From a virus (taxonomy: Duplodnaviria; Heunggongvirae; Uroviricota; Caudoviricetes), in the IMG/VR virus record IMGVR_UViG_2529292886_000014, positions 1-16,180 of that record: a stretch of DNA of 16,180 nt. One strand, 5' to 3'. This document shows, piece by piece, positions 7,084 to 14,250 of this stretch (positions within the stretch are counted from its first letter, which is position 1; the number at the start of each line of letters is the position of its first letter). Below the pieces are notes generated by a model. That model searched no databases, was not told the origin of the DNA, and saw only the letters and a list, made by a program, of their open reading frames with translations. A program made the translations under genes and the position numbers.

Positions 7084-7263
7084 TGACAGGATCGGCATAT
7101 TTTACCCGAACTGAATCATGATTATTCTCGCCCGTGGTGCCAGGACGCTGGGGCCATTTTTCCCGCCTGTTAATGTGTTCACCAATATTCATTCATTACC
7201 AGGCGGGAAAGCAATCGGTGCGTTTACTGATTTCCTTATGAAAAAGCGTTGAGTTTTTGCCGC

Positions 7264-7300
7264 GTCCTGGAGTTCCTTACTTAACCCCAGGACTTTTTTT
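7264..7300 (+). promoter_or_regulatory. Hairpin plus T-run abutting the capsid gene start (possible attenuator or RBS-sequestering structure)
   Basis: GTCCTGG (7264-7270) and CCAGGAC (7287-7293) form a 7-bp stem with a 16-nt loop, followed by TTTTTTT (7294-7300) and the capsid ATG at 7301. The only SD-like AGGA lies inside the right arm of the stem. Confidence 0.3.
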
Positions 7301-8458
7301 ATGCCGAGAATAATCGAATTACGCCAGCAGAAAACCGCCATTAAAAATCAGATGCGCGACATGCTGGAGAACGCGGAAAAAGAAAACCGCAGCCTTAACG
7401 ATGCAGAGGGCGCAAAATTTGACGAATTACGCGCTAAAGCTGAATCCCTCGATAAAGACATTTCCCGCCTTGAAGCCATTGCAGACGAAGAGCGCAGCAA
7501 GCCAGGTAAAAGCAGCCAGACCACTGACCCGGCAGAACTCCGCAACTACATCCTGACAGGTGAAACCCGCGCATTAAGTACAGGTGTCCCCGCTGATGGT
7601 GGTTATACCGTTATCCCTGAACTGAACACCGAAATCATGCGAATGCTGGCGGATGAGTCCACCATGCGCCGCATCTGTACCGTGAAAAAAATCAGCAGCA
7701 ACGAGTTTAAGCAGCTTGTTTCCGCTGGCGGTGCGGTCGTTAACCACGGTGAAGAGGGTAAGGCACGCGAACAGACCAGCACCCCGCAGATTAACGAGGT
7801 GAGCATTAAGCTGTATCCGGTCTATGCGTACCCGCGCACCACACAGGAAATCGTGGATTTTTCCGATGTGGACATCCTTTCATGGCTGACGGGCGAGATT
7901 GGCGACACCTTCACGGAAACCGAAGAAAGTGATCTGGTTGTGGGCGACGGTGACAAAAAAGCAAAAGGTTTTTTATCCGTACCCCGTGCAGAGAAGAACG
8001 ACAAAGAACGTGATTTCGGAACGTTGCAGGTTATCAAGCCCGTTGATGATCTTGCCTGGACATCTGCGGACCCGCTGATCGATCTGAAATTTGCATTACG
8101 TAAAAAATACCGCAAGAACGCGGTATGGGTGGTTAACTCCACGACGGCGGCAAAACTCCAGAAGGTGAAGAATGCGAACGGGGATTATATATGGCGTGAC
8201 CGTTTACAGGCGGGTGATCCTGACACATTGCTGGGCCTTCCGGTCGAATATCTGGAGTTTATGCCGGATAACGTTATTGCCCTGGGCGACTTTAAACGCG
8301 GTTACTACATCGTTGATCACGAAACAGGTGTTCGCACCAGACCGGACAACCTGACAGAACCAGGATTCATCAAAATTTTCACGCAAAAATATTTAGGCGG
8401 TGGCGTGGTGGATTCGAACGCGATCAAGATTCTGGAACTGCCACAGGACGACGATTAA
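7301..8458 (+). CDS. Major capsid protein, HK97 fold, with N-terminal coiled-coil delta/scaffold-like domain
   Basis: 385 aa. The N-terminal ~100 aa are charged and helical (RQQKTAIKNQMRDMLENAEKENRSLNDAEGAKFDELRAKAESLDKDISRLEAIADEE). The C-terminal part LLGLPVEYLEFMPDNVIALGDFKRGYYIVDHETGVRTRPDNLTEPGFIKIF fits the HK97-family capsid pattern (recalled). Confidence 0.9.
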   Translation: MPRIIELRQQKTAIKNQMRDMLENAEKENRSLNDAEGAKFDELRAKAESLDKDISRLEAIADEERSKPGKSSQTTDPAELRNYILTGETRALSTGVPADGGYTVIPELNTEIMRMLADESTMRRICTVKKISSNEFKQLVSAGGAVVNHGEEGKAREQTSTPQINEVSIKLYPVYAYPRTTQEIVDFSDVDILSWLTGEIGDTFTETEESDLVVGDGDKKAKGFLSVPRAEKNDKERDFGTLQVIKPVDDLAWTSADPLIDLKFALRKKYRKNAVWVVNSTTAAKLQKVKNANGDYIWRDRLQAGDPDTLLGLPVEYLEFMPDNVIALGDFKRGYYIVDHETGVRTRPDNLTEPGFIKIFTQKYLGGGVVDSNAIKILELPQDDD

Positions 8459-8468
8459 CAGCATACAG

Positions 8469-8497
8469 AAGGGGCTAAAAAGCCCCTTTAGTGTTTT
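8469..8497 (+). terminator. Intrinsic terminator/attenuator downstream of the capsid gene
   Basis: AAGGGGCT-AAAA-AGCCCCTT followed by the T-rich tail TAGTGTTTTATG, between the capsid stop (8458) and the protease start (8514). Confidence 0.55.
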
Positions 8498-8513
8498 ATG
8501 GGTGAAAAAAATT

Positions 8514-9071
8514 ATGAAGAGTATGGAAATCCGGTCATCGGAAATCACCACCAGCGCCAGCAACACGCTTACAGGCTACGTTGTTCGCTGGGATAACCTT
8601 TCGGAACTGTTATGGGGGGAGTTTTACGAAAAATTCCAGCGGGGGGCGTTTACTGAGTGGCTTGCGGCGGGTAATGACGTTCGCGGCCTGTATGAGCATG
8701 ACCACAGCATGTTACTGGGGCGCACCCGTTCCGGCACGCTGAAACTGGAAGAGGACGACACAGGGTTACGCTTTGAACTTACCCCACCGGATACCAGCAC
8801 AGGGCGTGACGTTATCGAACTGGTTAAACGTGGTGATATATCCGGCATGAGCTTTGGCTTTCGTTCCCGTAAGGATGTATGGGATACCACAACAGATCCA
8901 TGCGTGCGCACCGTGCTGGTGGCGGAACTGTACGAAATTACCGTTACATCCGTACCGGCTTACCCCGATTCCGGCGTGGAGCTGGCCCGCCGTTCCCTGT
9001 ATGAGCAGCACCCCGAAAAAATGCCGCGTGCGGATAATCGCCGCTGGTGGGCGGATTTAGCGGGGGTGTGA
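8514..9071 (+). CDS. Prohead maturation protease, HK97 family
   Basis: 185 aa from the ATG at 8514 (the track ORF is extended to 8400 across the terminator). Motifs TGYVVRWDN, GLYEHD and GMSFGF match the HK97 prohead protease family (recalled). Confidence 0.85.
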   Translation: MKSMEIRSSEITTSASNTLTGYVVRWDNLSELLWGEFYEKFQRGAFTEWLAAGNDVRGLYEHDHSMLLGRTRSGTLKLEEDDTGLRFELTPPDTSTGRDVIELVKRGDISGMSFGFRSRKDVWDTTTDPCVRTVLVAELYEITVTSVPAYPDSGVELARRSLYEQHPEKMPRADNRRWWADLAGV

Positions 9072-9072
9072 T

Positions 9073-10284
9073 ATGTGGCCTTTCAGAAGAAAAAAAGAGC
9101 AGCGCAGCATGACGCTTGATGAATTTATGGCGCTGGCTGGCACATCGAACACGGGGGCGGGTGAGTACGTATCATCGGGGACAGCGGAATCACTCCCCGC
9201 CGTCATGAACGCCGTCACGGTCATCTCTGAGGCGGTGGCTACTATGCCATGCTACCTGTACCTGGTACGCAATGAGAAGGGGAAGGAGGCCCGCGAGTGG
9301 CTTGATTCTCATCCGGTCGATCATATCCTCAACGAGCGCCCGAACGCATGGCAAACCCCCTACCAGTTTAAGCGAATGATGATCCGCCACTGCCTGTTAA
9401 ACGGTAATGCTTACGCGGTGATTCAGTGGGGGCGTGATGGTTTTCCGGCGGCTTTACATCCTTACCCGCCGCAGTCGGTGAACGTGGAGCAGACAGGAGA
9501 ACACAACTGGCGCTATTGCATCACTGACGCCTACACCGGAAACACCCGCAACTATTTACCGTGGGAAGTACTTCACCTTCGTTACTCCACGGATGACGGC
9601 TTTATGGGGCGCTCACCTGTAACCATCTGCCGCGAATCGCTGGGGCTTGGGCTGGCCCAACAACGCCACGGCGCGAGCGTGATGCGTGATGGCATGATGG
9701 CGGCAGGGGTTATCACGTCAGGCGAATGGCTGGACGGCGTGAAAGGCAAACAGGCATTAGCCGCACTGGAACGCTATAAAGGGGCCAAAAACGCCGGAAA
9801 AACGCCCATCCTTGAAGGGGGCATGAGTTACCAGCAGCTGGGCATGAGTAACCAGGACGCCGAATGGCTGGCCTCCCGTCGCTTCACCATTGAAGACATC
9901 GCCCGAATGTTCAACGTCTCGCCGATTTTTCTGCAGGAATACAGCAACAGCACCTACAGCAATTTCAGCGAGGCAAGCCGCGCATTTCTCACCATGACGA
10001 TGCGCCCGTGGCTGGCGAACTTTGAGCAGCAGATAAAAAACGCCTTGCTGGTGGTCTCGCCTGTACCTGGTATCCGGTATCAGGTGGAGTTTGACAGCGC
10101 GGACCTGTTACGGGCCACACCTGGCGAACGCTTTGCCACCTATGAGCGAGGCATCAAATCCGGTGTTATGTGCCCGAACGAAGCCCGCGAACGAGAAGGG
10201 TTGTCTCCGCGTGATGGTGGTGATGAGTTCAGCCAGGCATGGAAACAGGAAGTAAAAATCAGCGAGGGAGAAAAACCGGAATGA
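9073..10284 (+). CDS. Portal protein, HK97 family
   Basis: 403 aa. Motifs NERPNAWQTPYQF, LLNGNAYAVI, GRSPV, EDIARMFNVSPIFL and NEAREREGLSP...GGD follow the HK97-family portal pattern (recalled). Starts 2 nt after the protease stop. Confidence 0.85.
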   Translation: MWPFRRKKEQRSMTLDEFMALAGTSNTGAGEYVSSGTAESLPAVMNAVTVISEAVATMPCYLYLVRNEKGKEAREWLDSHPVDHILNERPNAWQTPYQFKRMMIRHCLLNGNAYAVIQWGRDGFPAALHPYPPQSVNVEQTGEHNWRYCITDAYTGNTRNYLPWEVLHLRYSTDDGFMGRSPVTICRESLGLGLAQQRHGASVMRDGMMAAGVITSGEWLDGVKGKQALAALERYKGAKNAGKTPILEGGMSYQQLGMSNQDAEWLASRRFTIEDIARMFNVSPIFLQEYSNSTYSNFSEASRAFLTMTMRPWLANFEQQIKNALLVVSPVPGIRYQVEFDSADLLRATPGERFATYERGIKSGVMCPNEAREREGLSPRDGGDEFSQAWKQEVKISEGEKPE

Positions 10285-10619
10285 ACATAGGGCGACTGCG
10301 TGACAGGGTAACGATTCAGACCCTGAAACAGACCAGAGCCATGACGGGCGAAATACTCGAAACGTGGGAGGACGGTCACACACTCTGGGCAAGCGTGAAC
10401 ATGGTCAGCAGCAAGGAGGCCATTTCATCGGGTGCAGAGCTGGCGATTGGTACCGTAAGGATCTGGATACGGTACCGGAAGGACATCAACGCCACCAGCC
10501 GGATAAAGGTCAATACGGGGCCGCTGGCGGGGCGTGTACTGAATATCATCGGGCAGCCGCTGCCGGATGCCGCCAGGACACGCCTTGAAATTCTTTGTCG
10601 TGAGGGCGCGGAAAAATGA
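10281..10619 (+). CDS. Head-closure / head-tail joining protein (HK97 gp7-like)
   Basis: 112 aa from the ATG at 10281 (SD GAGGGAG; ATGA overlap with the portal stop). The N-terminus MNIGRLRDRVTIQ matches the head-tail joining family motif (recalled). Confidence 0.75.
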   Translation: MNIGRLRDRVTIQTLKQTRAMTGEILETWEDGHTLWASVNMVSSKEAISSGAELAIGTVRIWIRYRKDINATSRIKVNTGPLAGRVLNIIGQPLPDAARTRLEILCREGAEK

Positions 10620-10912
10620 CAGAAGAACTTATCACCCTAGAAGAAGTGAAACTCCATTGCCGCATCGATGGCGACGAGGAAGACCAGTTAATCAGCGGAT
10701 ACATTGCCGCATCGCTTGAGGCGTGCCAGATACACATAGGCAGGCGCTTTGATGACGGGCTGGAGTTCACGCCAGCCATAAAGATTGGCTGCATGATGTT
10801 TATCGCTCACCTGTATGAGAATCGCCAGATTGTCGCGGATAACGCAAAAACACACGTACCCATGACGATTGGCGCACTCTGGACGGCTTACCGTGATGTG
10901 GGGGTGTACTGA
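10616..10912 (+). CDS. Head-tail connector protein (gp6-like)
   Basis: 98 aa. N-terminus MTEELITLEEVKLHCRIDGDEEDQLISGYIAASLEACQIHIGRRF matches the gp6-like connector signature (recalled). Confidence 0.8.
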   Translation: MTEELITLEEVKLHCRIDGDEEDQLISGYIAASLEACQIHIGRRFDDGLEFTPAIKIGCMMFIAHLYENRQIVADNAKTHVPMTIGALWTAYRDVGVY

Positions 10913-11352
10913 TGCCGTGGCAACCATTAAGACGATGTACAGAACCAGGCTGCAACAGGCGCGTGAAGTCCGGCAAGTGTGAGGAGCACAGACGCAGCGC
11001 ACGCCAGCAGCAGGACAGCCGGAGAGGCAGCAGCAGGGAGCGAGGGTATACGAGGCAGTGGGAGAAATACCGCGCCATGTATCTGAGTAAAAACCCGTTA
11101 TGTGCGCATTGCCTGGAAAAAGGAATATACACGCCCGCCGTGGTGGTGGATCACATTATCCCAATCGATGGCGGTAATGATGTTCTCTTCTGGCCTGAGT
11201 GGAATCATCAGCCATTGTGCCAGGCGTGTCATAACCAGAAAACGAAATGGCTTGATCCGTCCACAAAAAACAAGCGTGCTGCGGGTGGATTCCGTGAGGA
11301 GGAAGAACGGGCCGCTAACCGCAATAACTGGATGTATGGCGCTGATGAATGA
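10912..11352 (+). CDS. HNH endonuclease (terminase-associated)
   Basis: 146 aa. CxxC pairs (CTEPGC, CAHC) and the HNH core VVDHIIPIDGGNDV...NHQPLCQACHNQKT. Start overlaps the previous stop (TGATG). Sits directly upstream of terS/terL. Confidence 0.9.
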   Translation: MPWQPLRRCTEPGCNRRVKSGKCEEHRRSARQQQDSRRGSSRERGYTRQWEKYRAMYLSKNPLCAHCLEKGIYTPAVVVDHIIPIDGGNDVLFWPEWNHQPLCQACHNQKTKWLDPSTKNKRAAGGFREEEERAANRNNWMYGADE

Positions 11353-11518
11353 GCGGGAACAAAACCGCCTTATCCGTGGACTTATAAGGCAGCGTGACGC
11401 ATGGAAGGCACAGGAAACAGGGCATAAAGATAAAGCATCAGGACGCGCAGAACGCATCACAGCGACGCGATTAAACGACCGTGACCGCGAGGTTATGGAA
11501 TGTTTCCGCAATCGCTGA
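11345..11518 (+). CDS. Hypothetical small protein (57 aa)
   Basis: In-frame ATG at 11345 within track ORF 11102..11518, overlapping the HNH stop; product MNEREQNRLIRGLIRQRDAWKAQETGHKDKASGRAERITATRLNDRDREVMECFRNR. No clear SD and no family recognised. Confidence 0.3.
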   Translation: MNEREQNRLIRGLIRQRDAWKAQETGHKDKASGRAERITATRLNDRDREVMECFRNR

Positions 11519-11640
11519 TGAGGCAGCCGGACGGGGTGGGGGGAGTTTTCAGGACGAACCCGACCCCGCCCAGAACCGAACGCCTCCTCAAATTTTTATG
11601 CACGGGAATTTTTTGAAAAATAATCTGACGAAAAATAAGC

Positions 11641-11997
11641 ATGGCAAGACCACCGAAAGCCCCCGCCTACCTGGATGATATCGCCGTGAAGCAGTGGCGG
11701 GAAAAATCGCGGCAGCTTGCGGAGCGGGGAGACCTGACCCCCGCCGACTGGAGCAATCTGGAACTGTATTGCGTCAACTACTCCATTTACCGGAAAGCCG
11801 TTGCAGACCTTGCGGCGCGCGGGTTCAGCATTGTTAACAGTCAGGGCGGCGAGAGCAGAAACCCCGCATTAAGCGCAAAATCCGACGCTGAAAGGGTGAT
11901 GATAAAAATGGCCTCCTTGCTTGGTTTTGACCCGATAAGCCGCCGTAAAAATCCACCGGAAACAGAAGAAGAGGACGAGCTTGACCGCCTGGAATAA
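11641..11997 (+). CDS. terS: Terminase small subunit (P27-family-like)
   Basis: 118 aa. Pattern MARPPKAP.YLDD.A...W......L...G.LT.AD...LE.YC..Y..YRKA...L...G....N..G....NPA......A...M.K.A..LGF.P..R matches the P27-type small terminase (recalled). Confidence 0.9.
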   Translation: MARPPKAPAYLDDIAVKQWREKSRQLAERGDLTPADWSNLELYCVNYSIYRKAVADLAARGFSIVNSQGGESRNPALSAKSDAERVMIKMASLLGFDPISRRKNPPETEEEDELDRLE

Positions 11998-13642
11998 GTA
12001 CGCAGAAGACGTAAAAACGGGCAAAATTCCGGCCTGTAAACGGCTGAAACAGGCCGTTAAACGGTACTTTTCGGACCTTGAAAGCCCCCTTTACACGTTC
12101 GATCGTGAGGTTGTGGAGCGGTTTATTGCCTTTTCCAGGGTGTGCCCGCACGTAAAAGGGCCGATGCGTGGCAGACCCATTGAGCTGGAGCCGTGGCAGC
12201 AGTTCGCCTTTGCGTGCATCCTCGGCTTTAAGGTTAAGGCCACCGGACGGCGCAAATACACGAGCGCCTTTATCGAAGTGCCGCGCAAAAATGCGAAATC
12301 CACGACCGCCGCGATTCTGGCTAACTGGTTTCTGATTATGGAGAACGGTCAGCAGGATATCTACACCGCAGCGGTGAGCCGTGACCAGGCGCGGATCGTC
12401 TTTGATGATGCGCGTCAGATGTGCCTTTTATCCCGACCGTTACGCAGGCGGGTGAATATTCAGGCGCATAAGGTGATACACCCGAAAAGCAACAGCCTGT
12501 TAAAGCCGCTGACAGGAAAAGCGGCAACCATCGAGGGAACAAACCCCAGCCTTTCCATCGTGGACGAATACCACTTGCACCCCGATAACGGCGTTTATTC
12601 CGCGCTTGAGCTGGGGATGGGCGCACGTCCCGAAGGGCTGTTATTTGCCATTACCACATCAGGCAGCAACGTCGTTTCAGCCTGTAAGCAGCACTATGAT
12701 TATTGCTGTCAGATCCTGGACGGCGAAGAGGTCAACGATTCAATTTTTGTACTGATTTACGAACTGGACGACGAAAACGAGGTTGATGATCCGGCGATGT
12801 GGATAAAGGCTAACCCTAACATCGATGTTTCCGTGGATCGTGAAAAACTGGCCTCAACCATCCAGAAAGCGCGGGGTATTCCGTCGCAGTGGGTGGAGAT
12901 GATGACAAAGCGATTTAATATCTGGTGTCAGGGGACTACCCCGTGGATGGGTAATGGTGCATGGGCTGAGTGTGCCGGAACGTTCACGGAGGAAGATTTA
13001 CACGGTCAGGAGTGTTACGCGGGGCTGGACTTATCATCAACCAGCGATATTTCCAGCGTGTGCTATGCCTTTCCGGTCGGTAAAAATATCATGCTGGTTT
13101 CCCGTCATTATCTGCCGGAGTTCCAGCTACAGAACCCCGCCAATAAAAACCGCGCTGTCTATCGCCAGTGGGCTAAAGCGGGCTGGATACGCACAACGCC
13201 AGGTGACTGCATTGATTACGACCGGATCAGAGATGACATCATGCAGGACGCGGAGAAATTTAATATCAGGCTGGTGGGCTTTGATACGTGGAACGCCACG
13301 CATCTCAGGACGCAATTACAGGGGGCTGGTTTTGAGGTGGAGCCGTTCCCGCAAACCTACCTCAGATTCAGTCCGGCGGCGAAATCGTTCGAAGTTTTTG
13401 TTAACCGCAGGGTGATTGTGCATCGTGGCGATCCGGTGTTGTCCTGGTCGATGAGTAACGTCGTGATGCAGAGTGACGCGAATGCCAATATCAAGCCGAA
13501 CAAGAAAAAATCACCGAACAAGATAGACCCGGGCGTGGCGGCACTGATGGCGTTTGGTACATTCCAGGCAGAGCATGAGGATTTTGCTTTTGATATAAGC
13601 GACAGCCACCGCCAGAAACTGGAAGAATTTAGCGGGGTGTAA
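11981..13642 (+). CDS. terL: Terminase large subunit
   Basis: 553 aa. The track start is a TTG at 11981 preceded by GAGGA and overlapping the terS end; the true start is uncertain. Walker-A-like VPRKNAKST, an acidic ATPase motif SIVDEYH, and a C-terminal nuclease-like region fit large terminases. Confidence 0.9.
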   Translation: MTAWNKYAEDVKTGKIPACKRLKQAVKRYFSDLESPLYTFDREVVERFIAFSRVCPHVKGPMRGRPIELEPWQQFAFACILGFKVKATGRRKYTSAFIEVPRKNAKSTTAAILANWFLIMENGQQDIYTAAVSRDQARIVFDDARQMCLLSRPLRRRVNIQAHKVIHPKSNSLLKPLTGKAATIEGTNPSLSIVDEYHLHPDNGVYSALELGMGARPEGLLFAITTSGSNVVSACKQHYDYCCQILDGEEVNDSIFVLIYELDDENEVDDPAMWIKANPNIDVSVDREKLASTIQKARGIPSQWVEMMTKRFNIWCQGTTPWMGNGAWAECAGTFTEEDLHGQECYAGLDLSSTSDISSVCYAFPVGKNIMLVSRHYLPEFQLQNPANKNRAVYRQWAKAGWIRTTPGDCIDYDRIRDDIMQDAEKFNIRLVGFDTWNATHLRTQLQGAGFEVEPFPQTYLRFSPAAKSFEVFVNRRVIVHRGDPVLSWSMSNVVMQSDANANIKPNKKKSPNKIDPGVAALMAFGTFQAEHEDFAFDISDSHRQKLEEFSGV

Positions 13643-13655
13643 TGAGGTCAGCAGC

Positions 13656-13937
13656 ATGACAGAAGCCGAAATACTGCGATTAATCCGCCGCGTCTCTGGA
13701 ATCAGCCAGCAGGCTGACGAACAGACCACGCAGCCGGACAGCGTGACAGCCGAAAATTATGCGCGTGTTGTTGCTGAGGTGATGCGCCGTGATGGTATCC
13801 AGCTTAATGATGTGGATATGCGCGACATACGGATCCGCGTTCTGGAAATGCTGGCCTATCGTCGCCGCGTGGAGATGTATCGGGAGAAGGAAAAAATAAC
13901 GTACCACTGGAAGAAGCCGGAGCGCTTGCGGCGGTAA
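13656..13937 (+). CDS. Hypothetical protein (93 aa), last gene of the element
   Basis: ATG at 13656 with SD GAGGT about 7 nt upstream, 14 nt after the terL stop. Charged and helical; no family recognised. Confidence 0.5.
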   Translation: MTEAEILRLIRRVSGISQQADEQTTQPDSVTAENYARVVAEVMRRDGIQLNDVDMRDIRIRVLEMLAYRRRVEMYREKEKITYHWKKPERLRR

Positions 13938-14230
13938 CTGGTTGATATTCCCGACGGCCCAAAAATGGGTGGCTACATCCCTCGCTTCTGAGGACTGTTA
14001 ACAAGCTGCCTGAAAGACAGTCACAAACTACGAAATTTTCGCAGTTTAATTAATGGTCAGCTTAATCGCTAACCCGCTGATATTTTCGGAAACCTCAATT
14101 TGAGGAAGTCGGCGCGGTAACTCGCTGAACTTAAAGCAAAGCTCAAAATTGAGCTGGCTGAATAATCATTATGATTACGCAGATGATTAAGGAATGACCG
14201 AAGGCGGAAATTCGCCTGTGGTTGATGGGG

Positions 14231-14250
14231 GAGTTGCAGATCTGCAACTC
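14231..14250. repeat. 20-bp perfect palindrome GAGTTGCAGATCTGCAACTC
   Basis: Read directly; the reverse complement is identical. Embedded in an ORF-poor stretch with several other dyads. Confidence 0.8.

Noticed and set aside
7057-7090. P2 Ogr / P4 Delta-type late-promoter site (TGT-N12-ACA)
   Set aside because: I checked each TGT in the dyad region; none is followed by ACA at the 12-nt spacing. No Ogr/Delta-like zinc-finger gene is evident either.
7822-8911. Minus-strand ORFs inside the capsid and protease genes (7822-8142, 8204-8386, 8624-8911)
   Set aside because: They are antisense to strongly supported structural genes, lack SD sequences and have low-complexity Ser/Arg-rich translations typical of antisense frames.
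10364-10588. 74-aa alternative-frame ORF inside the head-closure gene
   Set aside because: Embedded in a gene with a recognisable family motif; Gly/Arg/His-rich off-frame product.
12336-13415. Alternative-frame ORFs inside terL (12336-12626 minus, 12954-13415 plus)
   Set aside because: They are fully embedded in the terL reading frame, which has clear terminase motifs; their Arg/Ser-rich composition is typical of off-frame translation.
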